The notes beneath the pieces were generated by a model. It searched no databases, was not told the origin of the DNA, and saw only the letters and a list, made by a program, of their open reading frames with translations. Source: Nemertoderma westbladi (lineage: Eukaryota > Animalia > Xenacoelomorpha). Taken from it: 64,000 bases of DNA. Made by a program: the position numbers and the translations under genes. Below, piece by piece: positions 23,474 to 34,345 of this stretch; position 1 is the first letter of the stretch; each line of letters starts with the position of its first letter. The stretch lies in NCBI GenBank assembly GCA_032718475.1, contig JAUCBJ010008515.1:1-64000 (forward strand), written 5' to 3'.

Positions 23474-25037
23474 CCCTATTAAACCCGGGGGGGGGGGTCA
23501 ATATGACCCTCCCCGTGGTTTTTTTATTATAATTCTGAAACAAACGCAGTTGGGAATCTGATATTTTATGACTTTTCCTAAAAATCTATTGTCTTCCTAG
23601 TAGTGAAAACCGTTTTCAAAAATATTGGGTACTTTTCGAGTTATAGCACCATTTTTTAACCCTACTTTTGGCACTTTTTTTGAGACTTTTTTTGAAAATT
23701 ACATTTCATTAAATATGAATTGTAACATCTATATTTTTGATTTACACCGGATTTTTGGTGTTAGAAATTGGATGGAATTCATATAAATTGATTTAGAAAT
23801 TTCAAACTTGTTTTTTTCGGTGGGTACCAAATTTTGGTGCCAGCACCAAATTTTGAAATAAGTCAATTTTGTAAATTGATTATTTGAAACTTGTTTTTTA
23901 CGCAATTGGGGTTTTTTGGGGTTCTGGATTCGATGAAATATATACGAGTTGCACCAAGCGTATCAAACTTGTATTTTTCGGTGCTGTGTGCAAATTTTGG
24001 TGTTAGCACGAAATTTTGAAAATCCATTCAATAGATAAAATTGCTTGTGACAATTTATTTCTTGCGTTTTAGAGGTTTATGGCTGTTCCTAATTCAATAG
24101 AAAATATAATTATCGAACTAGACATCTCAAACTTGTATTTTTCGGATGTGGGTGCAAAATGTGGTGCTAGCACCAAATTTTGAAAACCATCAAATATATC
24201 AATTGATTGTGTCACCTTGTTTCTTGCGTTATACGGGGTTGTGATGGTTCTGAATTCAATGGAATCAGTAAAAATTTCATAAGAGTTCTCAAACTTGTAT
24301 TTTTCGCCGGTGGGTGAAAATTGTTGCACCAGCACCAAATTTTGGAAAATATGCAAATTGATAAGTAGATAGTATCACCTTGTTTCTTGCGTTATACGGG
24401 TTTATGAGGGTCCTGAATCCGATGGAATCAATAAAAACAGCACTGGACATCGCAAACTTGTACTTTTTGGTGATGGGTACAAAATTTGGTGCTAGCACCA
24501 AAATTTGCCAAATTACGCCGAAAAATACAAGTAGCAATGATCTGGCATATTAGAAATGTATTCCATTAGAATCAGCGCCCTCGAAAACCTGAAAATGTGA
24601 ATTTATAGCATCGTATAAGTGAATTAAAAATGTTGTGTTCTAACTGAAAAGTGCTGGTTACTTGTTTTTTCATTTTTTTCCTACGCAGAGAGGACTAAAC
24701 AGCCAATTATAGTAATCATATCATTTTTAAATATTTTCCAATGTATTTTGCACCCCAGAAAACCTGTATAGAAAGATAATTAGCCGAAAATGTAACTTTC
24801 AAATTTTGTGAAAATTGTGCACTACTTGTAATTTTGGTGCTGCAATATAACCACCCCAGTACATTTTTTCGAAAATTTTTTTTTCGGTCGGATCCAGACT
24901 AGTGATACCTACGTACAAACAAAAAATCAAACGTTTTCGTAAATATTTGTAGATTTTAGAGGGGGGTCAATATGACCCCCCCCCCCCCCCCCCCCCCCGG
25001 TATTTGTACAACATTTTATAGCCCGGTACTAATAGGG
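23474..25037 (+). mobile_element. piggyBac-like non-autonomous element
   Basis: TTAA|CCCTATTA ... TAATAGGG|TTAA. The palindromic subterminal motif gggtcaatatgaccc occurs near both ends. Internal degenerate ~115-bp repeats (aaacttgtatttttc...gcaccaaattt). No ORF. Confidence 0.85.
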
Positions 25038-25423
25038 TTAAAGGTGCGATAATCCATGTATCCAGAATCTGCAAGTCTGAATGTATGGTAGAACTAGAGG
25101 TTAAGGCGATGTCCATAGGTACTGCCCAAGTCACTGTCAGAATGTCAGACCCCTGTAAAAAACGAGACTATCTGACAGTCTGACTAAGTCTGTATGTCTT
25201 TCAGGGAAATTATGGGACAAACAAAGCACATATTTTCTCAGTATTAATACGTGTAGTATATCCGAAACTGACGAATACTACTCTTTTCTACTATAACGAT
25301 ACAAAAACTATTTACTCTACTGATCTATACTGTATAAAATATATTCTTAATTAATAATTATTTTTAAATTATTTTATTTAATATTCAAATTTTAATATTT
25401 AACATTTTATTATACAGATATAT

Positions 25424-26612
25424 TGTTCGCGCTTTCAGACCTTTGGCAGTTTAACCCGCCAAATTAGGATGTCTTCTAGATAATAAATCACTTTTAGCCT
25501 CTGACAAGTATTTGATTCACTACACTAGTCGAAACCAATCGGTGCGCGATCATTCACCCGCTGGATATACCCGGGAGATTGGGTTCGACGGCTTAATCTT
25601 ATTGCTATGTAAGCCTAATGTATTATTCGACTGACAGTATTATATAATCTCTGACAATATTATCCACCTTCGGGGAATATTAACAGTTCCTTTAGGACGT
25701 GGCGCTCTATCTATATAAACAGAGTTATGACTTAAACTACTCACAACGATATGGCTTAGTTACAATTCACATATATGGCGCATTCTTTAGGAAATGCTTC
25801 GTTATCAGTCTCACTCATACACAATGCTGCACAATACTGCACACTGATCTGCCGATCTTCACTGATTTTAGTCACATATAAAAGGAACACGGACCGAATC
25901 ATGTAGGGTCTATCAAATAACATTAGATTCACTTCAAACCACTTTAACATAAGTCACAATCGTTATATGTAACCTTTCTCTCTTACCTTCGGTATATCAA
26001 GAATATTGGGTTTTCGGGGTTATTTCTCGTTATTCCAAATATAATAATTCATCAACCAATATTATGAAGAACCGACAGTCAATAGCAGTAATGTCAAGTA
26101 TAAAGTATGCACAGCGTGGGCTAGTTTGATTAGGTATGGTATGTTATGTTATGTTATGATAACGGATATATGTCCTTATAATTAAGCCTACTAGTGTAAG
26201 ACTAAAAACTGAAAACACGGAGGTGCCAAAAGCCGGTTCTTAGGCTCTGGGCAAAAACATAACACTGAACTACTGAGCCTCTGTATACACCTCCAACACA
26301 GAGACAACAAACGCTCTGATTGGTCAACCGAACAACGAGAGAACAAAGAAACAAAGAAACGTCGACGTGGCAATATCAGCTGTTAGCCGTCGTCATGGTA
26401 GCGACACTGTTTTCAAGAGTATCTAGCTTATCGCGTCACGAGATTTCGGATTATGTCCTCTAAAGTACAAATACAGTACAAATACATAAGAAATGACTTT
26501 TATGTCCTCTAAAACACCAGTACAGCAAGGACACGACCCTTTTATGCCTGGCAAACCAACTACAGAGTACTTTAAGGGAAAATAACCGGTTAATGACGCA
26601 AAAGCTTTTACA
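25424..26612 (-). repeat. 3' LTR of the BEL element
   Basis: Direct repeat of 36522-37704 with TG...CA termini. Confidence 0.95.
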
Positions 26613-27083
26613 CCGCTCCCAGAAAATGGGATTTAAGTCTATAAAATATAACAAATCACAGTTTCTAAAATATAAAAATACTCTAAACAGTTAGTCTTTC
26701 TTACGCAGACGGCGTTTACGCAGTTTTTTGAGGCTAGCAAGAGTCCTTTTCTCTTTGGGGGGAGCCACTTTACTAGGAGGGCTATAAATCCTGGGTGAAG
26801 GGTGCAATATGATTGCATCAGAAGGTGTAGGATTATGGTCGGGGTATCCGCCGTTTCGATATGCTTCTCCTCGAGCTGATTTTCCTCCGCTCGTAGCTGG
26901 ATACGTTCATCCAAAAACTCTCGCAGAGAATGGGGTTGTCTAAGTGCGATATCTTCTTAGAGATTCTGGATTTCACAATCGAACTGAGATAAAGACAATT
27001 CGTTTATCGCTTGGACTTGCTGTTACAACTTACGTTTATCTGAACAAACGTAGGTTTCCTTTCTGATCTTTGTAGAATAGCGT

Positions 27084-28214
27084 TTAACTGGTTTGGTACA
27101 ACGTTCTCTGCCACTCTGGTGACAGGTTATATCGTGTCAAGCCGGGACGATGGTAAGGGTTAAACGGCGATATTAAATGTCCGCGTCCCAATCCGGCTAG
27201 GTAGGATGGGCTAATATCTAAGAAACCCACAACTGGGGTGCCACCGACTAATCGTTCAGGTAACACTAGATCTTTGAGCAGTGAGTACAGCTCGGGAGGA
27301 TCCGTCATACTAATAGGATCAAGAGTCTGAGGCCTCACTAGGGAATGAGGAGCTCTGATCGAGTATTCCGAAACTCTGATCATTGGTTTATTTAAGGATC
27401 GTTTGAGTCGAACGAGCGTAGGTGATACATTGAACAAGTTTCGCTCGAAACTCCCGTAAGTATAGCGAGTAAAACCGTGTTTAAAGCAACGTCTCCGCGG
27501 ATGTTTATGTCTTTCCGTTTGTTGGTTGGGTCTTGGGCATTCATCGCAATAATACCCAAAAACGTACGTCTTGTAGGGGAAACGCGAGTGATCTTTCTCC
27601 AGCTTACAATATTCCTCCATCCGTTCGAAGCTATTCGGTACAACAGGTAGCGGTCGATCGGCGGTAAGATACATCATAGGGGAATCGAGCCGTTTGAGTT
27701 CTACCATGCGGTCATGATGTATACCTTGAGGATATCGAGTTTCTAGATTTTGTTGACTGGCAATATTGAGATATGTTTCTATCAGGAATTCCAGATAATC
27801 GTTGAAGTCGCTGCGTTTATCCGGCTCCTCAATGTCTTCTCTTTCGAGTCTGTTTCGAATAGAATTCTCGTGTTCCATTCTCGGTTTATCGTTCCGCCTC
27901 CGCTGGGTAGGATATTTCAATCGTACCATTTCCCTTTTGGTGTCGACATTGTCCGTATCGTGTAAATCGATAGGATGACCAGTAGTTAAGAAGTCCACAT
28001 ACGTACCATTACGATGCGTATAGCGAGCGGTGAATTTCTTATAGTCCAACTCACGCGTGAGCTGTTCTTGGGACATTGGCGGTTCGATATAACGATCATC
28101 GTCCTCCGCAGCAGTTGGACCAGCGTCGCCGTGTATCAAGCTATCAACAAACGTTTGTAAAGGTAGAGTATATCGCTCCCTGATACCAAGATCATCTTCT
28201 ATCAACTCAATCAT
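27084..28214 (-). CDS. Accessory ORF of unknown function (376 aa) in the env position of the BEL element
   Basis: Uninterrupted ATG-initiated ORF on the element's sense strand between pol and the 3' LTR. Hydrophilic, with no evident signal peptide or TM helix. Contains CDEC...HKH....C..H. An AG acceptor-like tagcag lies just before the ATG. Confidence 0.7.
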   Translation of the reverse strand: MIELIEDDLGIRERYTLPLQTFVDSLIHGDAGPTAAEDDDRYIEPPMSQEQLTRELDYKKFTARYTHRNGTYVDFLTTGHPIDLHDTDNVDTKREMVRLKYPTQRRRNDKPRMEHENSIRNRLEREDIEEPDKRSDFNDYLEFLIETYLNIASQQNLETRYPQGIHHDRMVELKRLDSPMMYLTADRPLPVVPNSFERMEEYCKLEKDHSRFPYKTYVFGYYCDECPRPNQQTERHKHPRRRCFKHGFTRYTYGSFERNLFNVSPTLVRLKRSLNKPMIRVSEYSIRAPHSLVRPQTLDPISMTDPPELYSLLKDLVLPERLVGGTPVVGFLDISPSYLAGLGRGHLISPFNPYHRPGLTRYNLSPEWQRTLYQTS

Positions 28215-29831
28215 ATCTGCTATATAAATTTATCCATATTATAATGAGTTTATATTTAGGCGAGCGGGCGTCGCTGCCTACCCCAATCAGCCCCCGGACA
28301 GTGCGAGATCCTCAGCGCCGATGTGTCGTCGCCGCTGTACTTTCGCCAACGACGTAGCCGCACAACGACAACGACAACCGGCACAAGTCACTCCACTGTC
28401 CGTCCCAAAGGCTTAGATGTACTTCAGGTTTTCCTTGGAGAGTTAGGTTACTTTCACGATTGCGACTAGTTACTGTAAACACACTTTAGCAGTAACATTC
28501 ACCTATAAACTCACAAATACCACACAACTGGTCACAACTACGCACATTCGGGCCATTTGTCCGTTAGTCAATGCCTTCCAGAATGTCACTGTATTATTAT
28601 GTATCCTTGGATACTAGCAGTGCGCTATTTATTCCCTATGCTATTCAATGGGACAAGCTTTCTATTGTTCTTTTAACTCAATTCTAATTCTAGCGTGGTT
28701 GTTGCCATGGTGACATTATGCAAAGCTAGCGGTAGAATTAGAGTAATTCCCATGCATACAGATCTGGGATGTTATTTAATAGTAATTCTTTAATAGTCAA
28801 TGTCCTGTTTGATACATGACTTTATGAATTTTATCGGCTATTGACCATGTTTGGGAGACTTTCGCACACTCATACTCATAATAAGACAAATCTCCGCTCC
28901 CTTGATCTATTAATTAATGGAATTTTGGGAATGTTATAAATTGCATAAAAATGGCAATTTATTAAACTCATTAAAAGGCATGAATTTAAATTTATTCCCT
29001 GAAATTTTATTATTTGATAATTAAATGGACATATTTTGAGTCTAGAACATGTCTGGGGACACAAGATCCTTAATTCTATGAAAATTGTCCTTTTAAGAAT
29101 ATCGGTAAATGCTACGATATCTTAATTGACTAGAATTGTTGAAGGATCTGAATTTTACAGATTTTGATTTATTGGATTTGCAAATATTAAATAATTAATA
29201 TTTGAGATGGGCACCGATTTATTCCAGAACTTGTCTGGGGACAATAACCACTGATTCTAGAATTTGTCTTTCAAGTATATCGGTGGGTGCCGCGATATCT
29301 TAATCGACTAGAATTACAGATGGTCAAAGGGTTTAACAGATTTATTTTGCGTTATACGCTACTGTTAAAGGGACATCACGCTACTATATGTATTATTTAA
29401 TATACGGTATGAGAGCAATATCGCACGAAGCAATGTCAGTGTGAAGAGGCAAGTCGTTTCCAAGGTCTACCCAGAGCTTGGTTTAGCCGAGACACGAGGA
29501 TCTGAACTTTGCATTCCTAATACTCTGCCTACCAATAATACTTGAATATAGTAGTGGCTTTATTGTACTTTAATAAGTACGGACATTTCATCTTACTGTA
29601 GTTACGTATTTGTAATGTAATACGGACAGTAAGGAAGAAGGAAAATAATTATTTCTTGCCGTCGCACTAAAATAATATATACGTAATTACGTTACTATTC
29701 TACTAAATAATCGCTAAATAAGATTCTACTAAATTAAATAAAACGATTATAATAAAATTACGTAGTAATACATACATAAATATAAAAATAATAAAATAAT
29801 ATAAAATAATATACACCCACTCCATATGTTG

Positions 29832-31142
29832 TTACGTTATGGAGTCCCTAGATGTTTGAAGGATTAGGGAGGTGGTCGTGGGAAGAGAATCTTGCCTTCC
29901 ACAGTTTCCGGAGAGTCCTCCATTCCCTTCCGGTAAACACAAACGACCGACTGGGTGATTGAGTCGCTGCATCCCGAATACAATTCCAGGTTTCCTCTTC
30001 GTCCTGGAATAGTGACGATAGAAACATCGCTCTAGGTACACGACGGCCTTACAAAGCCGATTCCAGGAGCTATAGCGGTCCGTCGCTCCCTGCAGGAGAG
30101 GTGAGAGTCCCTGCGAGACGTCTGATGTTCCAGAGCTCCAATCGCTCTCTCTGATCTTCATGAAGGATCCACTCGTGGTGGGGAGGTCCAGATCCACGGC
30201 GTCGTCCCTGGCAATATGTAATACCGACAGATCTATCCCGGGTTCAAATAACTCCGATCCACCCGTCCGGGTTTTAGGTTTGACTTTCTCTGCTCCCTTG
30301 GCTGGTCTAATCTCAGTCGGAGTAAGATGGGGAGGCCATTCATCCTCCTTACTCAGGAAGTCGGGTTCACCTAACCGGTCTGTAGTATCTGTCAGTTCTT
30401 GAGGAGTTGCTCCTCTGGAAGCGATGTCAGTTGGATTAAACTTCTTGGGGCAATATCTCCATTGATCTACATTGGAGCTAATATCGTCATTATCTGAGGA
30501 GTATGGTGTTCCCTCAGTTGGGTTGTCTCCCTCACTAGTATCATCTTCCCATTCACTCACTTGGCAGACGCGATCTTGAAGCAGTCTTTCTCTGAGCGTT
30601 CTTCGGGAAGGTCCAGTAAGGTACCAACCTACTCTAGTTCTTACCGCATAGGTCTGAAGTGGTTGCGGTTGAGCAGGTCGTTTCTCCAATGTCTCCAGCG
30701 CCTCATGCGCGTTTTGACCGATTAATATTTGTACTCCAGGATAATTGGTGTCGAATCTAGGAATGTTAAGTTGTTGGGCATGATCATCTTCATCCCAATT
30801 ATAAGGTTCCCCTTGGGTGGTAGCGAAGTTCTTTATTGCCACCATTTTGACTGACCTTATACTATGTTCTCCTAGTTTATCCTGTGGAGTGGACAACTCA
30901 CCTATATAATAGTCGGCAGCCACAGCAGATTTCCAAACCTGCATGATCCCTGACATGTTTAGCTTGGTTCGGAACTTGGGTTGTCCAGCAAAGATGTCTT
31001 CGGCTAGTTCTTTATCGATGAATGTTCCTGTGCTGCCAGAGCCCAGGAGGGCGTTCACTATATAGCTCTTCTGAGGTCCGTGGACCCGTACCTGCACTAC
31101 AGGAAACTCTCGGATCCCTACATTGGAGATGGCGCTTTCCAA
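29832..31142 (-). CDS. BEL pol remnant: protease-like domain fused to a post-RNase H segment and the extreme C-terminus; RT, RNase H and integrase absent
   Basis: PVVQVRV.G....VNALLGSGS.GTFI (catalytic D appears as G), ILIGQN, AVRTRVGWYLTGP, then directly QWRYCP...NPTDIASRG, RYSSWNRL and a terminal HPVGRLCL. Confidence 0.85.
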   Translation of the reverse strand: MESAISNVGIREFPVVQVRVHGPQKSYIVNALLGSGSTGTFIDKELAEDIFAGQPKFRTKLNMSGIMQVWKSAVAADYYIGELSTPQDKLGEHSIRSVKMVAIKNFATTQGEPYNWDEDDHAQQLNIPRFDTNYPGVQILIGQNAHEALETLEKRPAQPQPLQTYAVRTRVGWYLTGPSRRTLRERLLQDRVCQVSEWEDDTSEGDNPTEGTPYSSDNDDISSNVDQWRYCPKKFNPTDIASRGATPQELTDTTDRLGEPDFLSKEDEWPPHLTPTEIRPAKGAEKVKPKTRTGGSELFEPGIDLSVLHIARDDAVDLDLPTTSGSFMKIRESDWSSGTSDVSQGLSPLLQGATDRYSSWNRLCKAVVYLERCFYRHYSRTKRKPGIVFGMQRLNHPVGRLCLPEGNGGLSGNCGRQDSLPTTTSLILQTSRDSIT

Positions 31143-34100
31143 TATGGTTGTCGATCAGAAGTAGTTCGAGTGAGGTCGCTGTCCGTATCTTTTTCATATA
31201 TGAGTGCTCGATACACTGCGGTATTTATCATGTAACAGGATTCGTTTTCGTCGGAGAACTCGTCCGTATAGAATCCTTCCATCTCAGATTGATCAGTGTC
31301 GTTCACATCACTGAATTGGACATGTAGCTCGGAATCACTTACCTGATTCGGACTATTTCGCTCGAATTCAGCGTGCAACAAGATATGATGTTTCGCACCA
31401 CACTTTGCACACCTTATGTCAGAGTAACAGGTTCGCCGTTGGTGTCCTTGTCTGAGGCAATTATAACATAACCGCTTATCCCACATGACTTCTCGTCTCT
31501 CCGTTAATGATTTCTTCAGGAATTCATCACACATATTCAAACGGTGGGTCCCGTCACATAGCGCACATTTCGGTTTGATGTTACTTACCTTATTTTGGGT
31601 GACATCGTGCACTCTCGTTCTTTCTTCGGGCTTTCTCACCTGAGTTCTCTTGGGAGACGTAGGAGGAGTTTTTCTTACCTGTTCTCTCTTGTCATTGGAT
31701 CGAGACTTAAATTTACTTCCCTGTTCGTTAGGTGTTTTATTGACATAATAAGATCTTTCAGTGTCTTTCCCGCTATCATCCCCTTGGGAAGCTTGGCTTT
31801 CGCCGTCGTCGGTATAACACACTGGTGTTACCTTTCTTCTGGAGACGGGTTTCTCACTTACCTTGTTTTCCGATGTCTTCTCTCTGGACTGCTTTATGAG
31901 CTGTAATTTCACTTCACCATCCAAGAATGACATGAGATCAGTCATGGTAGGGTCTCGTTGTTGTTGTTCCATCATGTATAACACTTTCTTGTCCCAGCGT
32001 GTACCTACTCCACCCTTCGGTAAAGTAGAAGCCACTGCTCTAATAACCATAGCACTCTGATACTCATGAGACTTACCTAGCCAATCTAATTGTCTGCAGA
32101 TCTCCTGAATTTCATCGGAAAACTCTATAATCCCGCTGCTAATAAACTTTCGGGGCGCTACCAACTTTGCATACAAATACCCAGCTATGTTATTCCTATT
32201 ACCATACCTGATGTTTAGTGTATCCCAAACTTGTCTTAATCCGTCTGGATGTCCAATAAACCTTAACGCCATTAACTTGGGAGATCCTTCCAAGCACTCG
32301 ATGAGGAATCTAAGTTTCTCTCCATTAGATAGTACAGAATTCTGTATGTTATCTTTGTAATATTCATTAAAAGGTAACCATTTCATCTCATCTCCATTGA
32401 ACTTGACGATCTCTCCCACCTTCACCGCTTGCCGGGCTTCGGTTCTAGCCATTTGACGCGTAAAACTTTCTTGGGCCATCGTGTTATTTAATATCGAGTT
32501 ATCGGTATATAAATTTCTCGGATTATGATCAGGTCTATAGGGAATGTCATTATCAACAGGTCTATAATTACCCTTAATAGGGTTCACTATAGGAGTTTCT
32601 ACTTCGCTAGCAGTATATATGCGTGTAGGCTCCACACCTTGCGCATGAGATACTTCAGACCTAACAGGTTGACACATTGTTACCGAGGGTGGTGGTATAC
32701 CCTTTTGTGTATTTACTAATTTATCGCATTCTAGCGCGATACTTTGCTGCACTTCTTGCAACTCTAGTCTACTTTCCCTTACTGTGCCCTTGAATTGCTG
32801 AACAGTCTCCTGCATCTGCCCGAGCAGGAGATCCATCCCCCGCCGTCTCTCGTCCACCCATTCGACCGCCGAAGCGGGAGTCGCCAACGTTGTAGCGGGC
32901 GGACGAGGGACAACGGGCGACAAATCATGAATATTTCGCTCGGGGTCCAGGACCTGAACTGTCTCATGGGCTGTTCTACTGGGCACAGATAGCTTAGTAC
33001 TGTGCAGAGGGAATTTAGAGGTAGCTTCAGGGAGCACAGGTGTGTCTATCACCGAAGGGGTGATTTCAAGAACAGGCCTAATTATTTCAGGCTCATCTAC
33101 TATAGTAGGGAGTCTTTCTATTTTAATTATTAGGTCTGTGGGTTCTGTACTGCCTAAGTTGGTGTTATTTAGTTGCCTTCTAACAGCTGGAGGCAAATCA
33201 GGCAATTTCTGACGGTGGGATGTTCTTCTACGTCTGCTTAGACGAGATCTATTTCCTTTGCCTTCAGTATCGGTGGTATCGCCTTCCTCAGATGATGTAT
33301 ATCCCTGTCTTTTGGGAGTAGATCGATTCATCATCTGCATATTACTAGCTGTTAACTGTTTATTTATGCAGTCTTGATTCTCCTGAATGTTTTCCAATTC
33401 TAATTGGGTGGTTTCTTCAGTCGCTCTCCGTTCTGCTTCTGCCACTGCTTCTGCCGCCTTTCTTTCAGCTTCGGCCGCTTTTGCTTCTGCCGCTGCCGCT
33501 GCCGCTGCCGCTGCCGCTTTTCTTTCAGCTTCGGCCGCTTTTGCCTCTGCCGCTGCCTTTGCCGCTGCCGCTGCCGCTTTTCTTTCAGCTTCGGCCGCTT
33601 TTGCCTCTGCCGCTGCCTCTGCCGCTGCCGCTTTTCTTTCTGCTTCTGCAGCTACTACTGCTGCTTTCTTTCTGTCTTCTATACATTTTTTCTTTACTTG
33701 TTCTTCTTGGACTCGTGTGATGCGGAGTTGTTCATCAAATTTAGCTTGGTTCGCCGCTAACATTTCCGCATCGATTGCGTCCAGCATAAGCTTGGTTCCT
33801 TCACTATTAGGGCTAAGCCCCTCCAGCCTTCTCCTCAACTCTTCGTCCCCTACAAAGCGTTGATAGTCTGACAGATAGATGTCAATGGCATCTCTCTTTC
33901 GCGGCCCCTCCGCTGTCCCTTCGCTTTCTTCTTGAGAAGAAGTGGTGTCGGTTGATTCTTCATAGGTTGGCCGTTCATCATAAACCGTATCCGCCATCTT
34001 CGCTCCGCGTTCGGGCGTCCGCTCAACAGTATCCGAACTACTGGAGCTCTCGGGCCGCTGAGAACTAGGTTCTTGGCTAGGAGGTTGCTGCTGTTTGGCA

Positions 34101-34345
34101 GCTGCTTCTTGATCCCGCTTAACTTGGGCCCGAGTACCGATGATAGACCTACGGCGCTTCACTAACTTCGCGAATTGCGAAATTGCTTCTACTAACCTAG
34201 GTTCTGACACAGCTACTGTAGGGGTTGTCTTTCTTACAGTAGGAGGGGTTTCAGACCTCGGTCTGGGATTCTCTATACTCCTATCTGATAAACAGACTGT
34301 TGTTTCTAGGAGACTATCTGACAGAGTTTGCCTTGTGTCAGACAT
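31118..34345 (-). CDS. gag: BEL/Pao Gag (1075 aa) with a long low-complexity/coiled-coil N-terminus
   Basis: KFNGDEMKWLPF...EKLRFL..CLEG (DUF1759-like). Triple knuckle CALCDGTHRLNMC, CYNCLRQGHQRRTC, CAKCGAKHHILLH. Confidence 0.92.
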   Translation of the reverse strand: MSDTRQTLSDSLLETTVCLSDRSIENPRPRSETPPTVRKTTPTVAVSEPRLVEAISQFAKLVKRRRSIIGTRAQVKRDQEAAAKQQQPPSQEPSSQRPESSSSSDTVERTPERGAKMADTVYDERPTYEESTDTTSSQEESEGTAEGPRKRDAIDIYLSDYQRFVGDEELRRRLEGLSPNSEGTKLMLDAIDAEMLAANQAKFDEQLRITRVQEEQVKKKCIEDRKKAAVVAAEAERKAAAAEAAAEAKAAEAERKAAAAAAKAAAEAKAAEAERKAAAAAAAAAAEAKAAEAERKAAEAVAEAERRATEETTQLELENIQENQDCINKQLTASNMQMMNRSTPKRQGYTSSEEGDTTDTEGKGNRSRLSRRRRTSHRQKLPDLPPAVRRQLNNTNLGSTEPTDLIIKIERLPTIVDEPEIIRPVLEITPSVIDTPVLPEATSKFPLHSTKLSVPSRTAHETVQVLDPERNIHDLSPVVPRPPATTLATPASAVEWVDERRRGMDLLLGQMQETVQQFKGTVRESRLELQEVQQSIALECDKLVNTQKGIPPPSVTMCQPVRSEVSHAQGVEPTRIYTASEVETPIVNPIKGNYRPVDNDIPYRPDHNPRNLYTDNSILNNTMAQESFTRQMARTEARQAVKVGEIVKFNGDEMKWLPFNEYYKDNIQNSVLSNGEKLRFLIECLEGSPKLMALRFIGHPDGLRQVWDTLNIRYGNRNNIAGYLYAKLVAPRKFISSGIIEFSDEIQEICRQLDWLGKSHEYQSAMVIRAVASTLPKGGVGTRWDKKVLYMMEQQQRDPTMTDLMSFLDGEVKLQLIKQSREKTSENKVSEKPVSRRKVTPVCYTDDGESQASQGDDSGKDTERSYYVNKTPNEQGSKFKSRSNDKREQVRKTPPTSPKRTQVRKPEERTRVHDVTQNKVSNIKPKCALCDGTHRLNMCDEFLKKSLTERREVMWDKRLCYNCLRQGHQRRTCYSDIRCAKCGAKHHILLHAEFERNSPNQVSDSELHVQFSDVNDTDQSEMEGFYTDEFSDENESCYMINTAVYRALIYEKDTDSDLTRTTSDRQPYWKAPSPM
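33430..33660 (-). repeat. 60-bp coding repeat (AEAKAAEAERKAAAA..) in gag
   Basis: Lines 33481 and 33541 are near-identical. The translation is an Ala/Glu/Lys-rich helical repeat. Confidence 0.9.

Noticed and set aside
24069-24537. ORFs within the piggyBac-like element (also 38338-38928)
   Set aside because: They derive from degenerate internal repeats and show no transposase motifs.
31118-31160. Programmed -1 ribosomal frameshift between gag and pol
   Set aside because: The overlap window is short and has no X XXY YYZ heptamer. BEL elements normally have a single ORF, so a point indel is at least as likely.
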